Notes: generated by a model from the sequence alone, not told the origin. A stretch of DNA of 64,000 nt from an uncultured Gammaproteobacteria bacterium (GCA_964402565.1 CAYOCJ010000001.1:224079-288078), one strand, 5' to 3'. Shown: positions 37,295 through 48,135, numbered from the stretch's first letter. Numbers and translations: made by a program.

Positions 37295-38665
37295 ATGGTC
37301 AATTCTATTGATACCATCGTATCCCTTGCCAAGCGCAGGGGTTTCATATATCCGTCATCAGAAATTTACGGAGGTTTTGCTAATTCATGGGACTATGGCC
37401 CTTTAGGCGTGGAATTGAAAAATAATATCAAGCGCGCCTGGTGGAAACGATTTGTGCAAAGCCGCGATGATATGGTTGGTCTGGATACTTCTATTCTCAT
37501 GAATCCAAAGGTGTGGGAGGCATCAGGGCATTTGGATAATTTTCAGGACCCGCTGGTTGATTGCAAAAGCTGCAAGCGTCGTTTCCGCGCGGATCATTTG
37601 CTTGAAGCAAAAGGCATTAAGCCCGAGCTTGGCACCATGAAAACCCCGCCGAGGGAATTACAATCTTGCCCGGAGTGCGGGGGAGAGCTTACTCCTGTCC
37701 GCAGATTCAATTTAATGTTCCAAACCAATGTGGGCCCGGTCGAAGATACGAGTTCAATCGCATACCTGCGGCCGGAAACTGCAGCTGGTATGTTCGTTGA
37801 TTTCAAGCAAGTACTTGATTCAACGAGAGCTGGATTTCCTTTCGGCATAGCTCAAATAGGCAAAGTATTCAGAAATGAAATAACTCCAGGTAATTTTATT
37901 TTCAGGACCCTTGAGTTCGATCTCATGGAATTTGAGTATTTCATACACGAAAAGGATTGGGAAAAAACGTTCGAAATGTGGCTTGGCGAAATGAAGCAAT
38001 GGCTTAAGGAATTAGGCATCGCAGAGGACGAAGTTGTCTATCATGAGATCAGCAAGGATGATCTGGCTCACTATTCGAAGCGCACGGTAGATATTGAATT
38101 CAAATATCCATTCGGTTTGAGCGAGTTGTACGGTATCGCATATCGAACAAATTTTGACCTCAAGCGACACGCCGAGGTGAGCGGCAAGGATTTGAGTTAT
38201 CAAGATCCGGTAACCAATGAGAAATTCATCCCGCATGTTATTGAACCTACATTTGGCGCAGACCGTTCATTCCTGGCGGTATTGTGTTCTTCATATCATG
38301 AAGAATCGGCCCCGACAGCAGAGGAGGGCGAAACTGATGTGCGCGTTGTAATGAAATTCCCGAAGCACTTGGCACCGTATCAAGTTGCTGTTCTCCCGCT
38401 TTCGAAAAAAGAGCAGCTTTCAAGCGTTGCGAAAAAAATCGCGAATGACCTCCGGAAGCAGTTCACCGTTATGTACGATGAGACTCAGAGCATCGGCCGA
38501 CGGTACCGCAGGCAGGATGAGATCGGCACGCCGTATTGTGTAACATTGGATTTTGAATCACTTGACGATAAGAAAGTTACGGTTCGAGACAGAGATACTA
38601 TGAAACAAGAACGGGTTTCTCAGGATCAATTACTTAAGTATTTACAAGATCAATTCAATGCATAA
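37295..38665 (+). CDS. glyQS: Glycine--tRNA ligase (homodimeric alpha2 type)
   Basis: KRRGF..SSEIYGG, YLRPETA, FRNEITP, HYSKRT.D, IGRRYRRQDEIGTP. Confidence 0.97.
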   Translation: MVNSIDTIVSLAKRRGFIYPSSEIYGGFANSWDYGPLGVELKNNIKRAWWKRFVQSRDDMVGLDTSILMNPKVWEASGHLDNFQDPLVDCKSCKRRFRADHLLEAKGIKPELGTMKTPPRELQSCPECGGELTPVRRFNLMFQTNVGPVEDTSSIAYLRPETAAGMFVDFKQVLDSTRAGFPFGIAQIGKVFRNEITPGNFIFRTLEFDLMEFEYFIHEKDWEKTFEMWLGEMKQWLKELGIAEDEVVYHEISKDDLAHYSKRTVDIEFKYPFGLSELYGIAYRTNFDLKRHAEVSGKDLSYQDPVTNEKFIPHVIEPTFGADRSFLAVLCSSYHEESAPTAEEGETDVRVVMKFPKHLAPYQVAVLPLSKKEQLSSVAKKIANDLRKQFTVMYDETQSIGRRYRRQDEIGTPYCVTLDFESLDDKKVTVRDRDTMKQERVSQDQLLKYLQDQFNA

Positions 38666-39944
38666 GAAAATCGTCCGCGCTGACGGCAGCGTCATCGTGC
38701 TTGTGCCTCGCCAAGAATCCCAGTCAGTGACCTGGGAAATTATGTTTAAAGTAGGATCCCGGCAGGAACAGAGATCGATCAACGGCGTTTCCCATTTCAT
38801 TGAGCATTTGATGTTCAAAGGCACCAAGAAGCGCCCGAATACGAAACTTATCTCTCGAGAACTCGATTCTGTCGGAGCAGAATACAATGCATTTACCGGC
38901 AAAGATCACACAGGCTACTATATTCAGACCGATAAGGATAATATCCAGCTTGGCATCGATATGCTTTCGGATATGCTGCATAATTCTCTTTTTGAGAAAA
39001 AAGAAATGGAACGCGAGCGAAGCGTTATCGTCGAGGAGCTGAATATGTATCGTGATAATCCGCTGATGCGCATCGATGAGAAGTTCGAAGAAACCATCTT
39101 CAAAGGAACGCCCCTTGGCTGGGATATCGGCGGGCCGCGAGAGGTGATCAAATCAGTGCCGTATGACAAATTGATCCATTTCCGCGACCGGTTCTACTAT
39201 TCAGGCAATATGGTCATAGGCCTTTCCGGGAATTTCAAGGAAGAAAAAGCATTGAAGCTCATTAATCGTTATTTCCCCGTGCGGACCAGGAAAGCGAAAG
39301 CGGCTATTACGAAGCTGAAGATCAATCAGGAGAAACCGAAAGTAACCATTGAGGAAAAAAAGACCGATCAAATTCAGCTCATGCTTGGTTTCCCCGGATT
39401 CTCTCACACGCACAAGGATGCAGAGGCATTGATGCTGCTCGCTGTCATAATGGGAGGTTCTATGAGTTCGCGTTTATTCATCAATATCCGCGAGCGTAAA
39501 GGGCTTGCATACCGGGTCGGAGCAACAAGCGAAGCATTCGAAGATCTCGGATACTTTGCAGTCTTTGCCGGACTCGACAAGGCCCGGATAGATGAAGCTT
39601 TGCTTGCGATCAGAGATGAATTGGTATTGGTCTCGAAGAAAGGCGTGACCGGAGAAGAATTCAAGCGTGCAAAGGATAATGTACGCGGCCGTTTGATATT
39701 GAAATTTGAGAAGCCAAGTTCCTATTTGTCGTATCTCATGAGCCAGGAGTTACTCCTGAATAAAATTCAAAGCTTAGAAGAACGCTTGGCGCGTATCAAT
39801 AAGGTAACGCGTGCTGACGTGAACCGCGTCGCGAAGAACATTATCAAATGGAAGAAGGCTAACCTTGCCTTGATTGGACCCTATAAAGATAGCAAGCGGT
39901 TCTCGAAAGTTTTGACAGCGAGTTTGCCGAACAGAAAAGGCTAG
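38658..39944 (+). CDS. M16 family peptidase
   Basis: HFIEHLMFKGT (HxxEH), SSRLF..IRE..GLAY. Confidence 0.95.
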   Translation: MHKKIVRADGSVIVLVPRQESQSVTWEIMFKVGSRQEQRSINGVSHFIEHLMFKGTKKRPNTKLISRELDSVGAEYNAFTGKDHTGYYIQTDKDNIQLGIDMLSDMLHNSLFEKKEMERERSVIVEELNMYRDNPLMRIDEKFEETIFKGTPLGWDIGGPREVIKSVPYDKLIHFRDRFYYSGNMVIGLSGNFKEEKALKLINRYFPVRTRKAKAAITKLKINQEKPKVTIEEKKTDQIQLMLGFPGFSHTHKDAEALMLLAVIMGGSMSSRLFINIRERKGLAYRVGATSEAFEDLGYFAVFAGLDKARIDEALLAIRDELVLVSKKGVTGEEFKRAKDNVRGRLILKFEKPSSYLSYLMSQELLLNKIQSLEERLARINKVTRADVNRVAKNIIKWKKANLALIGPYKDSKRFSKVLTASLPNRKG

Positions 39945-39958
39945 TATACAATAGTACT

Positions 39959-41017
39959 ATGACGCAACCGGGTGAAAAAGTTCGTATTTCTATTACAACC
40001 GAGACGCTGCTGCGGATTTTTTTGGTCGTTATCGGCGCATGGTTTTTATGGGTCATTCACGATATCATCGCGCTGATTTTCGTCTGTTTGATCCTCTCAT
40101 CAGCCTTAAACCCTACCGTTGAATACCTCACGCGCTTTGGCATTCCGAGGATTCTTGGCATCGTTCTTATTTACGTCGTTTTTCTTACTATTATCGGTTC
40201 AGTGATCGCAGGCATCGCAGGACCGATCGCGACCGAAGTTAAAAATCTCGGTGACCAATTGCCGAGGTATTACGATGAAATAAATTCAAGTATCGAAAAA
40301 CTGCAAACCTCTCAAAATCTTAGCTTCTTTACAGCCGATCGTCTGCAAAGTTTCGGGGGCGGATTGAACGGTATGATCACGAATCTTTCGCATCTTGCAT
40401 CTGGTAATGCATTTACGGTCATCAGCGCAGTGTTCGGCGGCGTCATCTCGGTGGTCCTCGCACTTGTCATTACCTTCTATTTTATCGTGCAGCAGGGCGC
40501 TGTTCGCTTTTTCATCACATGGGTCGTACCGCGGGGGAGTGAAGACGAAACAATCCTTATCATCGAGAAGATCCAGTCGAAACTCGGACTTTGGCTTCGC
40601 GGCCAGCTCATGCTCTCACTGATCATTTTCCTGCTTGATTATGTAGGATTGAAGATCATCGGTGTGCAGTATGCCTTGGTGCTGGCTTTGCTTGCAGGAA
40701 TTTTTGAGGTCGTACCGTACCTCGGTCCGATTTTGAGCGGCATTCCTGCTATTTTCCTGACGGTCGCCACTGGCGGCTGGTGGCAGGCACTGTTCGTCCT
40801 GATCCTGTATGTCCTTGTCCAGCAATTGGAAAATCATATCATTCTGCCGAAAGTCATGGCGAAAAGCGTGGGCTTGAATCCATTGGTCGTTATCGTCGCT
40901 GTTCTCATCGGCGCTAAATTATCCGGTGTGGTCGGCTCGCTCATGGCAGTTCCGGTGGCTACGGCTATTGCGGTGTATCTGGAAGAGAAGGGCTATAAGA
41001 AAGAATTGATCGTGTAA
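39959..41017 (+). CDS. AI-2E family transporter
   Basis: WLRGQL, VPYLGP, QQLEN..LPK. Confidence 0.9.
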   Translation: MTQPGEKVRISITTETLLRIFLVVIGAWFLWVIHDIIALIFVCLILSSALNPTVEYLTRFGIPRILGIVLIYVVFLTIIGSVIAGIAGPIATEVKNLGDQLPRYYDEINSSIEKLQTSQNLSFFTADRLQSFGGGLNGMITNLSHLASGNAFTVISAVFGGVISVVLALVITFYFIVQQGAVRFFITWVVPRGSEDETILIIEKIQSKLGLWLRGQLMLSLIIFLLDYVGLKIIGVQYALVLALLAGIFEVVPYLGPILSGIPAIFLTVATGGWWQALFVLILYVLVQQLENHIILPKVMAKSVGLNPLVVIVAVLIGAKLSGVVGSLMAVPVATAIAVYLEEKGYKKELIV

Positions 41018-41024
41018 CAATCTC

Positions 41025-41693
41025 ATGGCGGAGTTGTATATTGTTGCCACGCCTATCGGCAATCTTGAAGATATCACGCACCGCGCGGTGCGTGTTTTGT
41101 CTGAGGTAGACCTGATCTTGGCAGAGGATACGCGCGTGACGCGAAATCTGCTCGCGCATTACGGCATTGCGATCAAAACGCATGCATGGCATCAGCATAG
41201 TACTTCGAAAGATTTTTCATTCGTCAAAACATTATTCGGGCAGGGGAAAACGATTGCCTATGTGAGCGACGCGGGCACGCCGGGCATCTCGGACCCCGGC
41301 GGCAAATTGATTGAACTGACATTGCGCGAATGTCCTGAAGTAAAAATCGTTCAATTGCCTGGCGCTTCTGCGCTCGGGGCAGCGATTTCAATTGCCGGTA
41401 TACCTATGGATGAATTTATCTTCATGGGTTTTCTGCCGCATAAAAAAGGCAGACAAACAGCGTTGCGTCGCATTACGCAGGCTGAATCACCAGTCATTCT
41501 GTTCGAATCCGTGCATCGCATCCATAAGTTATTAACTGAACTTGCAGGAAGCGGCAAACAGGTTATAGTATGTAGAGAATTAACCAAGAAATTTGAAACA
41601 GTATATCGAGGAACGCCGGAGGATGTAGCGAAGGAATTAAAACCAGCAGAAACCAAAGGCGAATTCGTTGTTATTATTCATGAACATGAGTAA
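41025..41693 (+). CDS. rsmI: 16S rRNA C1402 2'-O-methyltransferase
   Basis: VATPIGNLEDIT, AEDTR, SDAGTPGISDPG, RELTKKFE. Confidence 0.95.
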   Translation: MAELYIVATPIGNLEDITHRAVRVLSEVDLILAEDTRVTRNLLAHYGIAIKTHAWHQHSTSKDFSFVKTLFGQGKTIAYVSDAGTPGISDPGGKLIELTLRECPEVKIVQLPGASALGAAISIAGIPMDEFIFMGFLPHKKGRQTALRRITQAESPVILFESVHRIHKLLTELAGSGKQVIVCRELTKKFETVYRGTPEDVAKELKPAETKGEFVVIIHEHE

Positions 41694-43122
41694 CAAGAAA
41701 TACTACATTACAACAGCAATACCCTATGTGAACGCAAAGCCGCATATTGGTTTTGCACTGGAATTGGTCCAAAGCGACGTTATTGCTCGTATGCATCGTG
41801 CACAAGGCTACGACGTATTTTTTTTAACCGGCACCGATGATAATAGTTTGAAAAATGTGCAAGCTGCAGAAAAAGCCGGCCAATCGACAAAGGAGTTCGT
41901 TGATGCAAATGCGCAGATTTTTCGGGACCTGACCGATGTGCTTACAATCTCAAATGATCATTTTGTCCGTACTGCACAGCACGATCATTTTGCGGGTGCA
42001 CAAAAACTATGGTCCGCATGTAAGCCTGAGGATATATATAAAAAAAAGTACGCAGGCTTATACTGCGTCGGTTGTGAACTTTTTTACAGTGAAAGTGAGC
42101 TGGTAGACGGGAAATGTCCGGAACATAAAACAGTGCCAGAACTCGTTGAAGAAGAAAATTATTTCTTTAAGCTATCTAACTATCAAGAGCAACTGGCATC
42201 GCTCATCGAATCTGATGCGTATACGATCGTTCCTTCGTCGCGAAAAAAAGAGATACTCAGTTTTATCAAGATGGGCTTGGAGGATTTTAGTATTTCGAGA
42301 TCAGTCGCACGTGCGAAGAATTGGGGCGTTCCAGTTCCGGGGGATCCTTCGCAGATCATGTATGTGTGGTTCGATGCGCTTTCAAATTATATTACCGCCC
42401 TTGGCTATGGTTCTGACGAAAAAAAGTTCAATCGGTATTGGCCTGCAGACCTGCATGTGATCGGCAAAGGTATAATTCGATTCCATGCCGTATATTGGCC
42501 TGCAATGCTGCTGTCTGCGGAACTCGTGCTTCCAAAAAAACTTTTTGTCCATGGGTATATCAACGTCGCCGGTGAAAAAATGTCTAAATCTTTGGGCAAT
42601 GTCATTGACCCATTCGAACTCACGCGTACCTATGGCACGGAAGCCGTGCGATGGTATTTGCTCAAACATATGCATCCATTCGAAGATAGTGATTTTTTTG
42701 AGGAGAAATTTATTGAATCGTATAATGCTGACCTTGCGAATGGTCTGGGTAACTTATTGTCACGCGTTACCAATATGGTGCAGAAATATGGCGTTACGAT
42801 CACGACCCCTGCATTTTCACATGACACTGCATTTGAACAAAGGATTTCCGGATATATCGCCGATCTTCATTTCCGCGATGCATTGCTTGAGGTCTGGAAA
42901 AAAATTGCCGAAGCAAATCAAACGATCGACCGAGAAAAGCCCTGGACTATCGCCGAATCCGACCCGGCTACGTTACAGAAATTGTTGCAGCAACTGGTGT
43001 TGGATCTCTACGACATACAACTGGCTTTAGAGCCGTTTATGCCGGCAACATCGAAAAAAATACATGAGGTCATTACCGCAAACCCTATAGTGAAATCAGA
43101 GCCATTATTTGGTAGACTGTAG
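41686..43122 (+). CDS. metG: Methionine--tRNA ligase
   Basis: TTAIPYVN..PHIG, YVWFDAL.NY, FHAVYWP, KMSKS. Confidence 0.97.
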   Translation: MSNKKYYITTAIPYVNAKPHIGFALELVQSDVIARMHRAQGYDVFFLTGTDDNSLKNVQAAEKAGQSTKEFVDANAQIFRDLTDVLTISNDHFVRTAQHDHFAGAQKLWSACKPEDIYKKKYAGLYCVGCELFYSESELVDGKCPEHKTVPELVEEENYFFKLSNYQEQLASLIESDAYTIVPSSRKKEILSFIKMGLEDFSISRSVARAKNWGVPVPGDPSQIMYVWFDALSNYITALGYGSDEKKFNRYWPADLHVIGKGIIRFHAVYWPAMLLSAELVLPKKLFVHGYINVAGEKMSKSLGNVIDPFELTRTYGTEAVRWYLLKHMHPFEDSDFFEEKFIESYNADLANGLGNLLSRVTNMVQKYGVTITTPAFSHDTAFEQRISGYIADLHFRDALLEVWKKIAEANQTIDREKPWTIAESDPATLQKLLQQLVLDLYDIQLALEPFMPATSKKIHEVITANPIVKSEPLFGRL

Positions 43123-43124
43123 AT

Positions 43125-43793
43125 ATGAACATTTGGGATATAGTGCTGCTTGTTATCCTGGCCTACTTTATCTATAAAGGCTTTCGTTCGGGTTTTGTGA
43201 AGATTATTGGCGGTTTTGCCGCCATCGTGGTTGGTGCATGGGCAGCAGGCCAATTTTACGATATGGTCGCGCAATGGTTCATCGAGTATTTCGACATGCA
43301 GCTTATGACCGCGATCGTGGTATCGTTCATTGCCATCTACGCAGCAACGAATATCATCATCAATGTTCTTGTCGGCATTATTACAAGAGTGTTCCGTTAT
43401 ATTCCGATGGCGACATTTACGAATCGACTTATTGGTGCAGTTTTAGGTTTTTTCGAGGGCTTGCTGCTGCTCGGGCTCATGATTTGGGTCATTAATTTAT
43501 TTCCATTCCAGAATGAATTTGCAACATCGCTGAAAGAATCTAAAGTTGCTTCATATTTCGAATATTCGACGAAATTAGTCCAGCCGCTTTTGCCGAAAAG
43601 CTTGCGCGATATCGACTTTGGCGTTTTTGATCAGCTCAATGATTTCGGCACATCAAAGGCCGACTATTTGAAGCAGCATATGCCGAATATTTTCCAGGGC
43701 CTGGAGAAAATTCAACAGGAGAAAAAGAATGAGATCAATGCAATGGATAATGCGACATCACCTGCTGCGCCGACGTCAACCCCAAAACAATAA
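43125..43793 (+). CDS. cvpA: CvpA family protein
   Basis: GFRSGF, NRLIGAVLG, S-containing tail motif; 4 TM. Confidence 0.85.
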   Translation: MNIWDIVLLVILAYFIYKGFRSGFVKIIGGFAAIVVGAWAAGQFYDMVAQWFIEYFDMQLMTAIVVSFIAIYAATNIIINVLVGIITRVFRYIPMATFTNRLIGAVLGFFEGLLLLGLMIWVINLFPFQNEFATSLKESKVASYFEYSTKLVQPLLPKSLRDIDFGVFDQLNDFGTSKADYLKQHMPNIFQGLEKIQQEKKNEINAMDNATSPAAPTSTPKQ

Positions 43794-44590
43794 TGCTCTT
43801 CGATTCGCACACTCATTTGAATTTTAAGGCATTTGATGAAGATCGCGAAGCAGTCCTTTCTCGCTGCGCTGAAGCTGAAATGCTGATCATGAATGTTGGC
43901 GCTGCACTCGATACAAGTGCGAGGGCGGTTGAGATTGCTTTAGCGAATGATTTTAGCTATGCGACGATCGGCCTGCATCCTATCCATGTCTATGATGAGG
44001 AGTTTCATCCTAAGGATTACCAGGCATTGATCGAACAAAGTGCAGGTCGAGTGAAGGCTATCGGTGAATGCGGCATTGACTATTGGCACATAAAGCGACC
44101 TGACATTCCGATGGATGAATTGAAAGCAAAACAGAAAGAAGTCTTTGAAGCACAGATCAGCTTAGCTTTGAACAATGATCTCGCTTTGATGATACACGGA
44201 AGGAATGGCGCTGAGGACCTAACTGCGTATAAGGATATATATGAGATTGTAGAAAGCAGGGGAGTGAAACGCGCGACCGTGCATTGTTATGGCGGGGACC
44301 TGGAAGAAGCCCTGATGTTCACCGCAAAGGGTTTTTATATCGGCATTACGGGGATCATTACCTTCGATAAGACCGGCCGCCTTGATGAGATCGTGCAGGC
44401 AATACCTTTGGAACATGTACTGATCGAAACAGATGCGCCATATCTGACGCCGGTGCCGCATCGCGGCAAGCGCAATGAGCCGCCCTATGTACTCGAAGTT
44501 GCGAAGCATATTGCACACGTGAAAGGAGTTTCAGTAGAGGAGGTTATTGAGACTACCTGTGCGAATGCGAAGAAATTGTTTCAAATATAG
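43793..44590 (+). CDS. tatD: TatD family nuclease
   Basis: DSHTH, GLHP, IGECGIDY, ETDAPYL.P. Confidence 0.95.
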   Translation: MLFDSHTHLNFKAFDEDREAVLSRCAEAEMLIMNVGAALDTSARAVEIALANDFSYATIGLHPIHVYDEEFHPKDYQALIEQSAGRVKAIGECGIDYWHIKRPDIPMDELKAKQKEVFEAQISLALNNDLALMIHGRNGAEDLTAYKDIYEIVESRGVKRATVHCYGGDLEEALMFTAKGFYIGITGIITFDKTGRLDEIVQAIPLEHVLIETDAPYLTPVPHRGKRNEPPYVLEVAKHIAHVKGVSVEEVIETTCANAKKLFQI

Positions 44591-44680
44591 TTTAGATAAA
44601 AAAACTCCCCGACCCTTTCCGCACTGGTTTTTCCAGTTTGGATTGGATCGGGGCCTCTTCAGGTTTACCGTCGGCGCAGA

Positions 44681-44920
44681 CTAGCGAACCTGAGCTAAGG
44701 ATTTCTCCACCTTGTCGCACTCGATGCTTCCGATGACCTTGTTCTCCGAGACGATCAAGCAGACGTTGCTGTGGCGCGTATCCCGCAAGTAGTAGGTCTT
44801 CTTGAGGATATTCGCCGGCCGGTTCTGGTAGTCGGAACAGAACCAGATGCCGCCCAGGAGAACAACGACCATCAGCGAAATCAAGCCCAGAAGTTGGAAC
44901 ATCGTTTTGATCTTTTGCAC
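44681..44920 (-). CDS. Small single-TM ORFan (unit 3)
   Basis: AAAGGAG before GTG; promoter TTGACA(45017-12)-N17-TATTAT; terminator 44598-44655. Confidence 0.7.
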   Translation of the reverse strand: MQKIKTMFQLLGLISLMVVVLLGGIWFCSDYQNRPANILKKTYYLRDTRHSNVCLIVSENKVIGSIECDKVEKSLAQVR

Positions 44921-45066
44921 GGGATCTCTCCTTTCAAAGGTCGTTCACCCTGAGATAGGGTAGGGTTTCGCAATTTCGCGAACGATATATAATACTATAC
45001 ACGATTGATTCTGTCAATACTTTTAATTGCCTCAACTCATACACTTCGCTATACTGTCTATATTCT

Positions 45067-46164
45067 ATGCAGCAGATTCTCATTATTGTAAGTATTTTTG
45101 TAGGCGTCGTGAGCGTGATCGGACTTGCGGTCATTTTCCGGCGTTTGCAGCATTTCCGGGAAACAACGTCCGATGACAAGTCGTCATTGCTTCTGCAACA
45201 GCAGATCCAGGAATTAACGCGCACCCTTGACCAGAAGCTGAGCGATTCCTCGAAAGCATTGCAGGATCATACCCTCGCATCTGCAAAAATGGTTCAGGAG
45301 CAATTCAAAGAAAGCTCGAAAGTAGCCCGAGATACCGTAGCACAGCTGACGCAATTGCAGGAAACCAATAAGCAAGTGCTAAATTTTTCAGATCAACTGA
45401 AGAATTTACAGGATATCCTGAAAAATCCGAAGCAGCGCGGGGTGCTCGGTGAATACTATCTCGAAGAAACGCTTCGAAATGTATTGCCCCCGAATTCCTA
45501 TGAGATGCAGTATAAGCTTGGCCGCGACGAGAAGACCAATCAGGACTTGATAGTTGATGCCGTGGTGAAAGTCAAAGGCAAGCTGATACCAGTTGATTCG
45601 AAATTTTCACTGGAAAATTATGAGCGCATTTTGCAAGAGAAAGATGAAGAGAAGCGGGAGTTGCTCGAACGAAATTTCAAGCAAGATCTGAAAAACCGGA
45701 TCGACGAAACATCAAAATATGTCCGGCCTGATTTCAATACGATGGATTTTGCATTTATGTTCATTCCATCTGAAGCAATTTACTATGACCTCTTGATCAA
45801 TAAAGTCGGCGCTGTAGCAGTAAACACACGTGACCTCATTGAATATGCGTTCCGGGATAAAAAAGTCATTATTGTATCTCCGACATCCTTTTTGGCATAT
45901 TTGCAAACGGTGCTACAGGGTTTACGGGCCATGCAGATAGAGGAGAGCGCGAAAGAGATAAAAGCCAATGTCGAAAAACTTGAAAAACATTTAGGTGCCT
46001 ATAATCAGCATATGCAAAAACTTGGTAATCAGCTTGGCACGGTTGTGAATACCTATAATACGGCCTCAACAGAGTTTAAAAAGATCGATAAAGATGTCTT
46101 AAAAATAACTGACACCGACCGGACATTGCTTGAAAGTACTTCAGTGGACAAGCCTAAAGAATAG
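45067..46164 (+). CDS. rmuC: DNA recombination protein RmuC
   Basis: N-terminal TM, coiled coil, RGVLGE..LE, VDSKF, MFIPSE, SPTS. Confidence 0.95.
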   Translation: MQQILIIVSIFVGVVSVIGLAVIFRRLQHFRETTSDDKSSLLLQQQIQELTRTLDQKLSDSSKALQDHTLASAKMVQEQFKESSKVARDTVAQLTQLQETNKQVLNFSDQLKNLQDILKNPKQRGVLGEYYLEETLRNVLPPNSYEMQYKLGRDEKTNQDLIVDAVVKVKGKLIPVDSKFSLENYERILQEKDEEKRELLERNFKQDLKNRIDETSKYVRPDFNTMDFAFMFIPSEAIYYDLLINKVGAVAVNTRDLIEYAFRDKKVIIVSPTSFLAYLQTVLQGLRAMQIEESAKEIKANVEKLEKHLGAYNQHMQKLGNQLGTVVNTYNTASTEFKKIDKDVLKITDTDRTLLESTSVDKPKE

Positions 46165-46166
46165 GT

Positions 46167-47129
46167 ATGCGAAGAGCTTTAATTGTTTGTAGCGCCCTCA
46201 TGGGGGTATTTTTTATTGCATGGTATTTTACTACGCGTCGACAGCAGTTGCCGTCCTATATTGATCGGCTGGAAGCTTCAAAGCAAATGCAGGAGAGAAT
46301 GAAGCAAAGCGGGGTAAGTGCCGGCTTCACCTATCTCCGGGGTCTTATCTCTGAGCAGCGATTGCGTGGCAGTGATTGCCATATCTTGGTTCATGATATT
46401 GGTCATTTTGCTTTTGAGTCCTACGGCAGCTTCTCTCAGGCTATGCAACATTCTGATGAACTTTGTAATTCAGGGTATATTCATGGTTTACTTGAGCGCG
46501 GTTTTCAGGAAGGCGATCAGTTTATGGCAGAAGCACCGTCGGTATGTGCGACAGTACCCAAGGGTCTGAAAACGTGGGAATGCTACCATGGCATTGGTCA
46601 TGGTTTCATGTATGAGACCAGTAATGACCTTCCAAAATCAATCGAGCTATGTGAAAAGCTCGACGCCGAAGGTTCAGGACCATGTGTCAACGGGGTTTTT
46701 ATGGAAAATTTTAATTCAGAAGACTCGTTACATCCATCCGCTTACCGCTCGTCTGAGCATCCATTGCGTGTGTGTCAGGATATGTCTGACCAGTATAAAG
46801 GGGATTGCTATGTATATGCGCCGGCATACTATTTAGCAGAACATCCTGATGACATAGAGGGCGCTTTACTCATGTGCGCAGAATCAGAAATTTCATACCG
46901 ATCAACGTGCTGGCTTGGGATTGGTGCCGAGATTATGAAACAACATGTGCCCGATATCCGATCGGTAGAGCAGTTATGTGCTCGGACCGGATCGAATGAA
47001 CGGCCATATTGTTTCCTGGGTGCAACCGTATACTATAGCCTGCATACAGGAATCGAAGGGGCAGCTGCATGCGATATGTATTCTCCGAAGATTCGTACAT
47101 GGTGCCACTCATGGAATATAGAATCATAG
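46167..47129 (+). CDS. Membrane-anchored Cys/His-repeat protein of unknown function
   Basis: CHILVHDIGH, CNSGYIHG, CYHGIGHG, CVNGVFME. Confidence 0.7.
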   Translation: MRRALIVCSALMGVFFIAWYFTTRRQQLPSYIDRLEASKQMQERMKQSGVSAGFTYLRGLISEQRLRGSDCHILVHDIGHFAFESYGSFSQAMQHSDELCNSGYIHGLLERGFQEGDQFMAEAPSVCATVPKGLKTWECYHGIGHGFMYETSNDLPKSIELCEKLDAEGSGPCVNGVFMENFNSEDSLHPSAYRSSEHPLRVCQDMSDQYKGDCYVYAPAYYLAEHPDDIEGALLMCAESEISYRSTCWLGIGAEIMKQHVPDIRSVEQLCARTGSNERPYCFLGATVYYSLHTGIEGAAACDMYSPKIRTWCHSWNIES

Positions 47130-47215
47130 ATATTTTTTGAATTTTGTTGTTCGCGGTACTACCTTGATGCATGAAACAGCCGCCCGCAAGCCTTTGGCTT
47201 GGGGCGGCTGTCATT

Positions 47216-48022
47216 TCAGGCAGTAATTTGTGCGACGACCTCGGCAGGCCGGAGGGTCTTCACGGCGTTTCGCCAGCATTCTCTGCACCAGCCCGGCATA
47301 ATCGAGCGAACTCGAATTTGTCTGCAATTGCAGCAGCGCGAATAGCGATATTTTTTGTTGCAGCTTCGACAAATCGGATATTTCCCTTTGAGCCGAAGCT
47401 CGACCATCCGCTCATTCTTGCACAGTGCGCAGGCTTCCTTACGGTAACCTTTCTTTTTGTTATGACACCAATTACAGATAGGCTTTCCGTCAGGAGTTCG
47501 CGTGGTGACGACCTTCATGCGGTTACAGCCGCTGCACGGCACCTTTTCAAGAGGCTTGAAGCGCTTGCGAACGCAATTCTGACACACTGGTCTGCGATCT
47601 GCACCATGCCTGCTATGAACGATGCGATATCGCCGACAATAGAAACAAAATCTTCGTTTCGGCTTAAAGCCGGCTTTTCTGCATGTCGCAAGGCACAGGA
47701 GACGGCCGTCTTTCCTCACTTTCGCTACCGGACGCACTTTACCGCAGCGCGAGCATTCGCCGACAGGCGGGTGATAATGATGTATCCGGTAGCACCGGGC
47801 ACAGACAGGTTCCGTTTTGTTCAGACGGTATTGTACCGGCTTCACGAGGCCGCAATAGTGACAGGGTTCACACGGGAGATCGTAGAAATATCTGTCGTTG
47901 CATTTTTTGCAGACCGGTTTATTACTGTTCCGTATGCGAAGTGCAACCGGCCGCATTTCCTTGCAGCAAGAGCAGCGTTCACGTCTCGTTCCGCTTTTTT
48001 GATGCGCAGCAGCAGTGGTCAT
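47216..48022 (-). CDS. Basic protein with seven tandem CxxC..CxxC Zn-ribbon repeats (unit 4)
   Basis: Repeat C-x2-C-x3-RPV-x~9-P(V/I)C-x2-C; AAGGGGG SD; promoter TTGACT(48115-10)-N18-TACTAT. Confidence 0.8.
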   Translation of the reverse strand: MTTAAAHQKSGTRRERCSCCKEMRPVALRIRNSNKPVCKKCNDRYFYDLPCEPCHYCGLVKPVQYRLNKTEPVCARCYRIHHYHPPVGECSRCGKVRPVAKVRKDGRLLCLATCRKAGFKPKRRFCFYCRRYRIVHSRHGADRRPVCQNCVRKRFKPLEKVPCSGCNRMKVVTTRTPDGKPICNWCHNKKKGYRKEACALCKNERMVELRLKGKYPICRSCNKKYRYSRCCNCRQIRVRSIMPGWCRECWRNAVKTLRPAEVVAQITA

Positions 48023-48135
48023 GACGCCCCCTTCCGTCGATGTGAAATGATCAAGCCGGAAGTGTTACCCCCGGCTTACCCATCAATAGTATCCCCAGGA
48101 TTCAGCATTAGTCAACACTGTGTTACAATGACCAT

